A DNA stretch of 64,000 nucleotides from assembly GCA_002412065.1 (NCBI GenBank), contig GG730044.1, positions 349 through 64,348 of the forward strand, given 5' to 3'. How positions within the stretch are numbered: the first letter of the stretch is position 1; each line of letters starts with the position of its first letter. A program made the translations under genes and the position numbers. The DNA comes from Candidatus Parvarchaeum acidiphilum ARMAN-4. Its GTDB lineage: Archaea; Nanobdellota; Nanobdellia; Parvarchaeales; Parvarchaeaceae. Positions 55,386 through 64,000 of the stretch are shown in pieces. The notes under the pieces were generated by a model. The model had not been told where the DNA came from. It did not search any database and worked only from the letters and a program-made list of their open reading frames with translations.

Positions 55386-56000
55386 TCAGCAATGAGCCTC
55401 AGTTTGTTGCTTTATAGATAAATAAGGGTTATTCTTGACTTCATGAGCACCTAAAAAGCACGCCCCATAAAGTTTTGCCCCTGAAAGATCTGCTCCTAGA
55501 AGATTTGCTTTAGAGAGATTTGCTTCGAGGAGGTTTGCCTTGGAAAGATTTGCATTTCGAAGGTCTGCTCCTGATAGATCTGCTTTAGAAAGATTTGCTT
55601 CGGAAAAGTCCGCATTATGCAGATGCTCTTTAGAAAAACCTTTTTTGTCTTCTCCAAGTAAATCATATAAACTTAAAGGCTGCAAGGGTATCTTAACTCT
55701 CTTATATTGTGCTTCATTAAAGTTTTCTCTAAGTAATCCCTCCACTTCTTCTACTAGATATGTATTATTGGGCATGTAAGGTATACAAAAATAATATGGT
55801 TTGTTCTTGTACACATGTAATCCAACATTGTCTAATTTCTCGTTCCACTGCCCAAACTTAAATTGAAACCCATCGTAGGTCTTTGAGTCTTTATCTAGAA
55901 CTATATACATCTTTGTATCGGATTCCTCCAGGTCTATCTTCATTTTTGAGTCTTCATAACCTTGTTTTATATTCTTTTTAGAAAAAAGATTCATAGTCAA
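55386..56000 (-). CDS. pentapeptide-repeat protein with an unknown N-terminal domain
   Basis: The C-terminal ~80 aa are A(D/N)LSxA(N/D)L repeats (ADFSEANLSKADLSGADLRNANLSKANLLEANL..). Confidence 0.85.
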   Translation of the reverse strand: MTMNLFSKKNIKQGYEDSKMKIDLEESDTKMYIVLDKDSKTYDGFQFKFGQWNEKLDNVGLHVYKNKPYYFCIPYMPNNTYLVEEVEGLLRENFNEAQYKRVKIPLQPLSLYDLLGEDKKGFSKEHLHNADFSEANLSKADLSGADLRNANLSKANLLEANLSKANLLGADLSGAKLYGACFLGAHEVKNNPYLSIKQQTEAHC

Positions 56001-56454
56001 ACCTCCATTGTATTAAAATAACGAGAAAGTATCTCTTATAAATAGTTTATAATTATTACTGAGAATGTTAATAGATACCTATTAGAAGAGTTTACTTTTT
56101 TATATATGCTAGACAGAATCGTGTTTTTTAGGGTAATACAACATTTTTTAATGGTACAATTATAAAGCCATCGAGATATCTTCATGCTCTCCCCCTGAAA
56201 TTTCACCGTGATTGCATCTCAGATTGTTCTTTAAGCTTTGCAATTTAATTCTCTTCTCCGTCTTATACGGCCTTTGCAGCTACTGCTGATTCTCTGGCTT
56301 GAAAAAGATCAGCGTTTACTTCATGCAATTCTATCTTTTTTATATTAGATGTATTAAATTTATACTTAATAGCTTTTGTTTGATTTACTTGAATCCAATA
56401 TACGGCAAGAGTCACTGCGCATAAAATTATAAACAATAATCCTTCAATAATACT

Positions 56455-57075
56455 ATGTTCGAGGTGGAAGCAAGAGGTAAATTAACTGTAAGCACTGCTG
56501 AGATAGTTAAAAGATTTAAAAAACTAAATGCCAGATCTCTTGGCAAAACCAGGAGATTTTCATTGATTTACTTGAGAAATAAAAGCGCAGACAAAAATAA
56601 CCATGTTGATCTTCGGATAAGAGTTACAAATGGCAAAGCGGAGATAATATTAAAATATGGAAAATGGGGGGCGTTTGACAGCAGAGAGGAAGTATCTGTT
56701 CCGATATCCGTTAAGGACTTTTCAAATGCCGTAGAAATGCTAAGATTGATCGGTTGGACACATGGGGTAATAAATGTCAATGATCGTTATAAATTCAGGT
56801 ATAAAGGAATAGAATTTGTGTTTGTAGACAACGGGGTTGCAACCTATTTCGAAGCCGAGAGGCTTACAAAAACCAAGGACAAAATAGTAGAAGAACGCAA
56901 GTATATAGCAAAAATATGCAATGAACTTGGGATAAAGCCTTTCAGTGACACTGAATTCTATGGTCTTATTGATAAAATAAATAACTCTAAAGGCATGCGG
57001 TTCAATTTTGACAAAGAAAATTTTGAGGATATAAAGAGGAAGTTCAAAAAGTATTTTTCTACTAAGAAAATTTAA
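56455..57075 (+). CDS. possible CYTH-domain protein
   Basis: The N-terminal FEVEARGKL resembles the ExExK signature. Size about 200 aa. Weak call. Confidence 0.35.
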   Translation: MFEVEARGKLTVSTAEIVKRFKKLNARSLGKTRRFSLIYLRNKSADKNNHVDLRIRVTNGKAEIILKYGKWGAFDSREEVSVPISVKDFSNAVEMLRLIGWTHGVINVNDRYKFRYKGIEFVFVDNGVATYFEAERLTKTKDKIVEERKYIAKICNELGIKPFSDTEFYGLIDKINNSKGMRFNFDKENFEDIKRKFKKYFSTKKI

Positions 57076-57535
57076 TTAAATGTTTATAACGTTTTTGTTA
57101 CTCACATTAGGAGAAATAATTTTCTAAAGTAACATAATCGTATATCCTTAAATTATGAGTTTTCAAGCTGGCTTACCTTGATTAGGCTACTTCGGAAGAT
57201 TTCTGAGTCTTTTTCAGCTACTATTAAAATTTCTTAAGCCTATAAATACACCTCCACATTTACCGCCGTCACCCTTGATCTTAATTTGATAGTATAGTTT
57301 TGTGCTGGCAAGTAAACAACATTATTAGCTTCACAAGAATAGCAGCGCCCCATTCCGTAGTACTATTACTAAAATAGATTTTATTATTCTGTCCAACGCA
57401 TGACAAGTTAAATTTGCCCCTTCTCCTTTGGAATACCGAAGACTACATTCTACAGACTGGGGAAAACGTTGAGTGATTGAAGAATGTGAAGTTGTGTGTT
57501 AAGAGAGGTATATGTATTGCACCCCTTAAAAACGA

Positions 57536-57610
57536 TGGGGCAGCCGGGATTTGAACCCGGAACATCCAGAGCCCAAGTCTGGCATCATAACCAAGTTAGA
57601 TCACCGCCCC
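57536..57610 (-). tRNA. tRNA-Pro (UGG)
   Basis: Hand fold: GGGGCGG/CTGCCCC acceptor, anticodon arm CCAGA-CTTGGGC-TCTGG (G37), T arm CCGGG-TTCAAAT-CCCGG. Confidence 0.88.
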
Positions 57611-57682
57611 ATACAAGCTAAAATATAGGAATACCTATATAATAAGTTATTCTATACTATGATATCTTAAAACTTTATAAAA

Positions 57683-58330
57683 TTAAATTTTAAACTTAAT
57701 ATTTAATTCTTCTCTTGCAATTGCACTTAAAATTAACTCTCCTAATTTAACTTCCTTCTTGTCTATCTCTTGAAATTCATAGAATTTGCCATTTCTTTTT
57801 TCAAAATAGAAACTAGCTCCTGAAAAAAAGGTTATTCTTTTAGAGGAGATATAAAATTTATTTATTTCGGATTTCACTGGCAAGAAATATTCTATAGAGT
57901 TGTTATACTTATTACAAACAGAGCAGTTTCCAGCTTCCTGAGATATATCCTCAAGATATGATTCGAGCATTCCGTTTTTTCTCTGATTACTTAATTTCTC
58001 TAAGTCTGAAACAAGGATATCCTTTCCAATAAGATTTCTAAGCCTAAAAAGAGAATTTAAGTAATCCTTGTCCGTTATTTTTTCAAAATCTGGCAGTAAT
58101 TCATATCTTTCAAAAAGCCGCGAATCTAACGAAACCTGCTCCTTAAAAGTATTGGAAAGCCCCTCGAGATTTTTTGTATTTGTGGTTATAACCTGTTTTA
58201 GAAGTTTTACTTTGGTGTTATAATCATTTACTGCCATTTTAAAAATTGAATTTAGATCTATATATAAATTCCATTTAGTTATTGGCTGTTGACCGACCTT
58301 AAATAACGAATATAATTGACTCTTTCCCAA
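57683..58330 (-). CDS. hypothetical protein (possibly the 3' part of one gene with 58279-58743)
   Basis: ORF only. TTG start immediately after an in-frame stop. 52-nt overlap with the upstream ORF. Confidence 0.35.
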   Translation of the reverse strand: MGKSQLYSLFKVGQQPITKWNLYIDLNSIFKMAVNDYNTKVKLLKQVITTNTKNLEGLSNTFKEQVSLDSRLFERYELLPDFEKITDKDYLNSLFRLRNLIGKDILVSDLEKLSNQRKNGMLESYLEDISQEAGNCSVCNKYNNSIEYFLPVKSEINKFYISSKRITFFSGASFYFEKRNGKFYEFQEIDKKEVKLGELILSAIAREELNIKFKI

Positions 58331-58743
58331 TTATAAGAAGTACTCAAGTAATGTATTAAATTTGCTGCATTTTTTAGCTGTTTTTTATTCATAATTTCGC
58401 AGTTATTTGAAATTATTTTATAAAAATCCTTTAGATTTTCTTCTTCTGAGACTTCTGGTAGATTCCCAAATTCATAATCTTGTTTTAATTCTTTTACGCC
58501 ATAGATAAAGGATAAATTCTCTATTACTTCCTCGAGTTTAAATTTATCTGTAGAATCCAAGCTTTCATTTAAATCTTTAACGAAAGTTTTTAAGTTCTTA
58601 ATAAAATAAGGACCATGGTTTTCTTTACAGCTAGTATTGAGCTGGAATATATCTGTTAGTAACTGCCTTCTAGAGTGAGAACAATCGTCTGCTATCTTAG
58701 AAAGCAAACTGTTTTCTAGTTTATTTTTTATGTAAACCATCAA
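58279..58743 (-). CDS. hypothetical protein
   Basis: ORF only (154 aa). Confidence 0.35.
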   Translation of the reverse strand: MMVYIKNKLENSLLSKIADDCSHSRRQLLTDIFQLNTSCKENHGPYFIKNLKTFVKDLNESLDSTDKFKLEEVIENLSFIYGVKELKQDYEFGNLPEVSEEENLKDFYKIISNNCEIMNKKQLKNAANLIHYLSTSYNWERVNYIRYLRSVNSQ

Positions 58744-58798
58744 AAACTATGAATAAAACTACTATTTAAATTTATTCTTTGTTAATTATTACTAAAAA

Positions 58799-58990
58799 TC
58801 ACTCCATGTTTGAGAAATTTATTATATTGTCTTCGTCCACTGTTCCTAAGAAAACTGCCCTGCAGCAATATCTTTTTATCCCCAATTCATCAAGAACTTC
58901 CTTAGGGGATTTCTCAGCTATCTCTGCCTTGTACTTTTCCCAGTACTGCGACAAAGGTTTTCCACAACTGTAACATCTCATTGGTATCAT
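58799..58990 (-). CDS. rpoN: DNA-directed RNA polymerase subunit N (Rpb10)
   Basis: MIPMRCYSCGKPLS...KRYCCR zinc-binding pattern. 63 aa. Confidence 0.9.
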   Translation of the reverse strand: MIPMRCYSCGKPLSQYWEKYKAEIAEKSPKEVLDELGIKRYCCRAVFLGTVDEDNIINFSNME

Positions 58991-59214
58991 ATCATTTCTA
59001 TAACTGTAACTGTTCTCGTTATACCAGGCATTTTCCTTATTTTCCTAACAAATTCCTGTATATCGTGTGTTGTCTTTGTATTTATAACAAAAACCGCATC
59101 GTACTCTCCATAAACTTGAAAAGCCTCATTAACTTCTAAAAGTTTTTTTACGTTTCCAAAAGTTTTTTCAGTCTTTTCAGGAGCAATATTAACTAATACG
59201 ATGGCTTTTACCAT
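58987..59214 (-). CDS. stand-alone Lrp/AsnC-type ligand-binding (RAM) domain protein
   Basis: 75 aa. The pattern AIVLVNI......V.....EV.EAFQVYGEYDAVFVI......IQEFV matches the AsnC C-terminal domain. 4-nt overlap with rpoN. Confidence 0.6.
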   Translation of the reverse strand: MVKAIVLVNIAPEKTEKTFGNVKKLLEVNEAFQVYGEYDAVFVINTKTTHDIQEFVRKIRKMPGITRTVTVIEMI

Positions 59215-59273
59215 TTGTATCTAATATCAAATCAAGATATTTAAGCTTTATGTAACCTATCTGCTCAGGTGAT

Positions 59274-59873
59274 ATGATAGTAGTAGACATAGAAACATCA
59301 GGAACGAGCCCTTATAACCACTCAATACTAAGCATAGGCGCAGTTGATTTTTCTAACCCAGAAAGACAGTTTTATCAAGAATGCCAAATTGAGAAGGACA
59401 AAGAATACACAGAAGAGGCTTTAAATGTAAACGGTTTTAAGAAAGAGGAATTAACCGACCCTAAAAAGAAAACCTTGGAAAGTGTTTTAAACGAATTTAT
59501 AGTATGGATACAACCGGTGAAAGATAAAACTATTGGAGGGCATAATGTAAACTTTGATGCCAACTTCCTTAATTACTCTTTTAAAAAATACAACATAAAC
59601 TTCTCGTTTGGTCACAGAGTTATAGATACTCACTCTCTTGTTTACGCTTCTTTACTGTCTAGGCATATTGACCCGCCAACTAAAAATGAAAAGACTGATA
59701 TAAACTCAGATTATGTTTTTAATTATGCTGGTTTACCTCCTGAACCAAAACCACACAATGCTTTAAATGGAGCAAAAATGGAAGCAGAAGCCTTGTCAAG
59801 ACTTATATTGGGAAGAAAACTTTTAGATCAATATAAAAATTATGAAATACCGACATACCTTTCAAAAGTTTAA
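59274..59873 (+). CDS. DnaQ-like 3'-5' exonuclease domain protein
   Basis: ExoI VVDIETSG, ExoII GHNVNFDANFL, and an ExoIII-like HNALNGAKMEA. The usual Asp after the His appears replaced, but the alignment is by eye. Confidence 0.7.
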   Translation: MIVVDIETSGTSPYNHSILSIGAVDFSNPERQFYQECQIEKDKEYTEEALNVNGFKKEELTDPKKKTLESVLNEFIVWIQPVKDKTIGGHNVNFDANFLNYSFKKYNINFSFGHRVIDTHSLVYASLLSRHIDPPTKNEKTDINSDYVFNYAGLPPEPKPHNALNGAKMEAEALSRLILGRKLLDQYKNYEIPTYLSKV

Positions 59874-59923
59874 TATTAATTAAAATAAAGATATTTATCT
59901 ATCTATATACAAATTCGTAAAAT

Positions 59924-59994
59924 GCGGTCATAGTATAGTGGTAGAACATCAGCCCTCCAAGCTGAGAACGCGGGTTCGAATCCCGCTGACCGCA
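59924..59994 (+). tRNA. tRNA-Gly (UCC)
   Basis: Hand fold: GCGGTCA/TGACCGC acceptor, anticodon arm TCAGC-CCTCCAA-GCTGA, T arm GCGGG-TTCGAAT-CCCGC. Position 33 reads C rather than U. Confidence 0.8.
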
Positions 59995-60121
59995 TATCTC
60001 TTAATTTTTATTTCAAGCTTTTTATGAACTAAACCGATTAATAACTGTGCTAGCGACTAAATCAAGGTAAATGCTGATAAAATACACTTATAATAAAATT
60101 ATAAAAAACTTTGTTAAATAT

Positions 60122-60979
60122 CTAATGTTGGTTTTTAAGTTCATTTAAAGAAACTAAATCCATTATCGCTTTTGCTGCAAGTATTTCGGTTATATTATTA
60201 TCATTTAATGGTCTTGTTTCCATTACATCCATCCCAACTAAAGCAGAATTATGAATTATATTAGAAGCATACCTAAGAAAATCCTTATAGAGGATACCGT
60301 TTGGTTGTGGAGTACCAACACCCGGTGCTATGGAAGGGTCAAAAACATCCATATCGATACTAATGTAAACTTTTTTACCTCTTAAAAGATTAACTAAAGA
60401 TTCAATATTTTTAGAATCGGATATTTTATCGGAAGGTATAACTAAGAGTTTCCTTTTTTCTATTTCTGCTTTTTCTTCCAAATTAAAACTTCTTACTCCT
60501 ACAATAGAAACATTATTTCTTAGATTGACTAACCTTGAATTACTAGCATGGTTTATCTCAAGTTTTAAGAAATCCGGCTTGAAATCGGTGTGTGCATCAA
60601 ATATAACAAATTCAACATCTTCTCCAAACGCTAATGAAGCCCCGTAAGTAGCTGTGTGCTCCCCACCTATTAATATTGGTATTTTACCAGATGAGATTAT
60701 ATCTGAGGTACTTAGATTTATTATTTCGACTGCGTTTCTTATATCTCCACTTAATTCAAGCTCATTTAATGTAAATATTTTGTCTTTTAGTTCATACCCC
60801 ACTTCTGAATCGTAATTCTCCAATGAACGAGATGCCTCAATAACAGACCTGGGTCCAAATTTAGTTCCCTTGAGGTAGGTAGTAGTTATATCAATAGGAA
60901 CAGGGATTACAATGTCTCTTGCATCATTAAAGTTAACTACTTCCTCCAAAAATGAATCTCTACCTTCGTTTAATAACAT
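60122..60979 (-). CDS. speB: agmatinase / ureohydrolase family protein
   Basis: Mn-ligand motifs GGEHTATYG, FDAHTD and SIDMDVFDP. Confidence 0.8.
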   Translation of the reverse strand: MLLNEGRDSFLEEVVNFNDARDIVIPVPIDITTTYLKGTKFGPRSVIEASRSLENYDSEVGYELKDKIFTLNELELSGDIRNAVEIINLSTSDIISSGKIPILIGGEHTATYGASLAFGEDVEFVIFDAHTDFKPDFLKLEINHASNSRLVNLRNNVSIVGVRSFNLEEKAEIEKRKLLVIPSDKISDSKNIESLVNLLRGKKVYISIDMDVFDPSIAPGVGTPQPNGILYKDFLRYASNIIHNSALVGMDVMETRPLNDNNITEILAAKAIMDLVSLNELKNQH

Positions 60980-60994
60980 ATAAACCTCAAAACA

Positions 60995-62728
60995 CTATTG
61001 ATTTTTAACACTTATGTTTTTCTGCTCATTGTACATCTCAATTATATCATTTACACTATTTGCATCTTCTGCTTTCTTATCTGTACGTATAAAGGACACC
61101 GCTCTAGGAAATCTAAGCGCATAGCCTATTCCATCTTTCATACCTGCAGTGTGTGTCGGACTTCTTGTAATTTCATCTGCTTTTACTGCTATTACATATT
61201 TTGGGACTACCCAAACATCTGGCTGCATTATACTGTCAACTCGTGCCGGTTTAATATCAACTTTTATTTCATTTAGTATCTTAAAAAGCTGCTTAAATTG
61301 CTCTTCAGAGAAACCAGAACCTACCTTTGTTATGCTCTTGAATTTGTCCTCCTTTGAATCATAAACCCCAGCTAAGACCGCCCCTAATCCAAAACTAGCT
61401 CTTTGCCCTCTTCCTTTAAAATACCCTAAGATAACAAGGTCTATAGTGTCATTCAATTTGGATTTGTAGGAACGTTTCATCTTTATCCAATTAAAGTTTC
61501 TTGCGCCAGCAGAATAAGTAGAATCCAAACGTTTTGCTACTATGCCTTCCAAACCTTGTTCAATTGTGAGATCAAAGAATTTATCTATATCTTTTTCATT
61601 GTCAGTTATTATCATTTTTGTCTTGGATATAGTATTTGTATTTGAAAACAGCTTATCCAATAGTTCTCTCCTTTTTGTATAAGGCTCATTTATCATGTTT
61701 TTCTTGTTGAAAAGCATTATATCAAAAACAAAAAGCCTCAATGGCAATTCTTGAGATATTTCTTCAACATTATGTTTTCTTTTCCTTTGTATTGTTATCT
61801 GGAAAGGATATAAGACGTTTGTATTTTCATCATAAGTTAAAGCTTCTCCATCTATTATTAAATCCTCACAGTCTATCTTTTTTACTTCTTCCACTACTTC
61901 AGGCATAAAATGCGTTATATCCTCTAAGTTTCTAGAAAAAACCCTTACTTCTTTGTCTTTCTTATGAACCTGTGCCCTGAAACCATCTAACTTCTGATCA
62001 ATTGCGCATTTCCCCATCTTTTCCAAGATTTCTTTTGAAGATCCTAACCTTTCAGCTAATGCAGGTCTTATAGGTTTCATCGCAGCTATCTCAAATTTAT
62101 TTATACCTTCTTCTCCTTTTGAATAGAGGACCTCTGCTACATAACCAAGATCAGAGCAAAGATTAAATGCCCTTTCTATATTAGCTTTGAATTGCCTGCT
62201 TCCAGTTCTTGCCTTTGATAAAGCTTCCATTATAGTTGCTTCTCCTACACCCAAACGTAATTTGCCCATTACAAAGCGAATTATGAACTTAGATTCTATT
62301 GGAGAAGTACTTGCTATCAGATCTGACAGCCCTTTTATTTTCTCTTCGGTGCTTCCTTCGCCGGAAAACTTAGATATTTTTAGAAGATTACCGTATACTA
62401 AAGTAATATTTGTTTCCGAAACCTTAGAATTATTTGATTCCTTTTCCGCCACCTCTCCCAAATCACCAACTTTCTTGTACTCTTCTAATATCTTTGAGCT
62501 GGGTTTATTATATGCAAGTGCTATGGCTTTTTCCACCATTTTATCGGCTATCCCCAACTGAACGTTATAAAATGGAGGTAATAACTGTTCCTGTATAAAA
62601 TTTACAGTATAATTTATTTCCTCTTTCTTTGTCTTTAAGAAAACCTCTGAAAGGATATCTATCATCTCAAGTCTTTTTGACGTCTTCTCTAATTTAAGCA
62701 AGTAATTACAAAGCTCTTCAAATAACAT
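60995..62728 (-). CDS. lig: ATP-dependent DNA ligase
   Basis: Adenylation motif I (KLDGFRAQVH), EGIVAK, and the C-terminal OB region LRFPR. 577 aa. Confidence 0.92.
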   Translation of the reverse strand: MLFEELCNYLLKLEKTSKRLEMIDILSEVFLKTKKEEINYTVNFIQEQLLPPFYNVQLGIADKMVEKAIALAYNKPSSKILEEYKKVGDLGEVAEKESNNSKVSETNITLVYGNLLKISKFSGEGSTEEKIKGLSDLIASTSPIESKFIIRFVMGKLRLGVGEATIMEALSKARTGSRQFKANIERAFNLCSDLGYVAEVLYSKGEEGINKFEIAAMKPIRPALAERLGSSKEILEKMGKCAIDQKLDGFRAQVHKKDKEVRVFSRNLEDITHFMPEVVEEVKKIDCEDLIIDGEALTYDENTNVLYPFQITIQRKRKHNVEEISQELPLRLFVFDIMLFNKKNMINEPYTKRRELLDKLFSNTNTISKTKMIITDNEKDIDKFFDLTIEQGLEGIVAKRLDSTYSAGARNFNWIKMKRSYKSKLNDTIDLVILGYFKGRGQRASFGLGAVLAGVYDSKEDKFKSITKVGSGFSEEQFKQLFKILNEIKVDIKPARVDSIMQPDVWVVPKYVIAVKADEITRSPTHTAGMKDGIGYALRFPRAVSFIRTDKKAEDANSVNDIIEMYNEQKNISVKNQ

Positions 62729-62799
62729 AATATCCTTATTATTTCTATATTTTTATACCCTAATAAAAATTTATTTTAGGTTACTAAAATTATTTCTAT

Positions 62800-64000
62800 T
62801 TAAGCTACGCTTCCAAAGCTTACGGAAGGCATGACGCCGTTTGGGGGATAGGCACGGACACGAGTCCAATAAATAGAGAATACATCAGAAGTAGAAGAAC
62901 TCGCATAAGTAGTTTCATATTGTATATATGAAGCTGAATCAATAGTTTGACCCGAAGCTGTATAAAAATTTGTATAATTGTCTGAAAACACTGCTTCTGA
63001 TGAGGAAGCTACTTGTATTGAAAGAATACTTGCAGAAGAAGGTGGCGAATATGACATACTGCCTGATGAACTCGAAGAAATATACCCCAAATTAGTTGTG
63101 CCGCCGCCTCCCCATCCTGTCATAACTTGTATTGCTGTGCTAGTTGCTGATTGTGTAAACAAGCCAAAATTTCCGTTGTTGCTAACAGGATTTGGTTGAG
63201 CCCAAGTTGCTAAACTTTCCAATATAATTGGGTAAGGTGGCGAATAAGCATAAGATATATTTCCAAGTGTTCCGCCTGAAGTAGCCCACAAATCCATATA
63301 GTCTGAATAATACACAGGGGATACTCCGTTTGAGCTCCATCCGCTTGGTAATGAAGATAATCCCCCCATCTCTGATAGTAATTAAATACATTAGCCCCGT
63401 CGTCGTATTCTGCATATGTTGATGATAGTTGGGGAGCTTCACCGTCGTTTACTGTGTTAAACAAATTTGTAGTTGTTGGAGCAAAGCCTACATAGACTGT
63501 TTCTGATGAGCCTGATGGTATAGCTGCTATCTTTAGCCACCAAAGTCCATTTGTTGATGTGTAATTCTCCAGCCATGAGGGTATAACTGTTCCGTTGTAA
63601 TAGAAGAACTCTACATTTTGACCGAAATTGCCTGTTGAAATGCTTGTCCACCCGTTATCTGAGGATGTGAAATTAATCATCTGTTGAAAAGGTGATGGAG
63701 TTGCTGAACTTTGGCTGTTAGTTATGGTTATTGGTTCATAGCTTGTTAAAGTTGATGGTTTTCCAGTTATAGAGGTTCCTGCCACTATTCCTGTTGTATT
63801 AACTGTTTGCAAGCCTAATGTTGAAGCTGTATAACTGTACTGTATTTTTGCTGACAATGAATAATGAGTATTTGCTGAATTACAGGCAACATTTGGTATT
63901 AGTATTGTTGCTGACTGACCGCTTTTCAATGTTACTGGGTTTGTTAATGTATAACTGGCTGTTGTTGTATTAGCTCCTGTTGCCGATGTTAAGTATACTT
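62800..64000 (-). CDS. paralog of 13642-15207 (pilin-like DUF2341/ConA-like protein); 5' end outside window; frame broken at G6 run (+ strand C6 at 63362-63367)
   Basis: ORF 63210-63929 is about 85-90 percent identical by eye to the middle of the 521-aa protein. ORF 62800-63369 ends with the same WTRVRAYPPNGVMPSVSFGSVA tail. One extra G fuses ..FNYYQRWG to GLSSLPSGW. Confidence 0.75.

Noticed and set aside
55440-55640. Short-period DNA periodicity (15-nt units such as agatttgc....) that could be mistaken for a tandem or CRISPR-like repeat.
   Set aside because: It is the coding sequence of pentapeptide repeats (A[DN]LSx). There are no unique spacers and no repeat/spacer architecture.
57340-57352. 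8-nt match (cgccccat) to the 5' end region of tRNA-Pro, a possible att remnant.
   Set aside because: Too short to distinguish from chance, and no integrase or second boundary was found.

Overview
AT-rich archaeal chromosomal segment. Archaeal markers: RadA, Spt5-uL11, RpoN, ATP-dependent DNA ligase, TATA-box promoters placed about 25-30 nt before start codons (leaderless layout), and an intron-containing tRNA. The compact gene content and the abundance of class-III-signal-peptide proteins suggest a small-genome archaeon of the DPANN/ARMAN or Thermoplasmata type; that placement is inference only. Most of the window is housekeeping: a dTDP-rhamnose pathway (rfbCBD/rfbA), cysS, deoC, radA, an Mrp/NBP35 ATPase, msrA/msrB, gpmA, cydAB, two MFS transporters, two AspRS genes (one in a gatC-gatA-gatB-aspS operon), alaX, udg, a glycosyltransferase/GH1 cluster, rpoN, speB, lig, and five tRNAs (Cys with intron, Lys, Val, Pro, Gly). 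No rRNA genes or CRISPR arrays were seen. The accessory layer holds the more interesting material. (1) Four dispersed genes encode large proteins with essentially identical type IV pilin-like (class III) signal peptides fused to DUF2341-like or LamG/ConA-like lectin domains. Three of them carry the same 39-bp promoter/start module, and an Epd/Tad-like ATPase with two platform genes lies among them. (2) An orphan three-gene operon sits at 42615-45326. (3) An orphan coiled-coil cluster sits at 37232-39149. (4) A TnpB remnant interrupts a 55-nt repeat that occurs uninterrupted elsewhere in the window. (5) An MNT/HEPN pair is present. Caveat: six reading-frame breaks all sit on homopolymer runs and are most simply explained as base-calling errors. 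All calls come from reading the ORF translations and the DNA by eye; no searches or folding programs were run.
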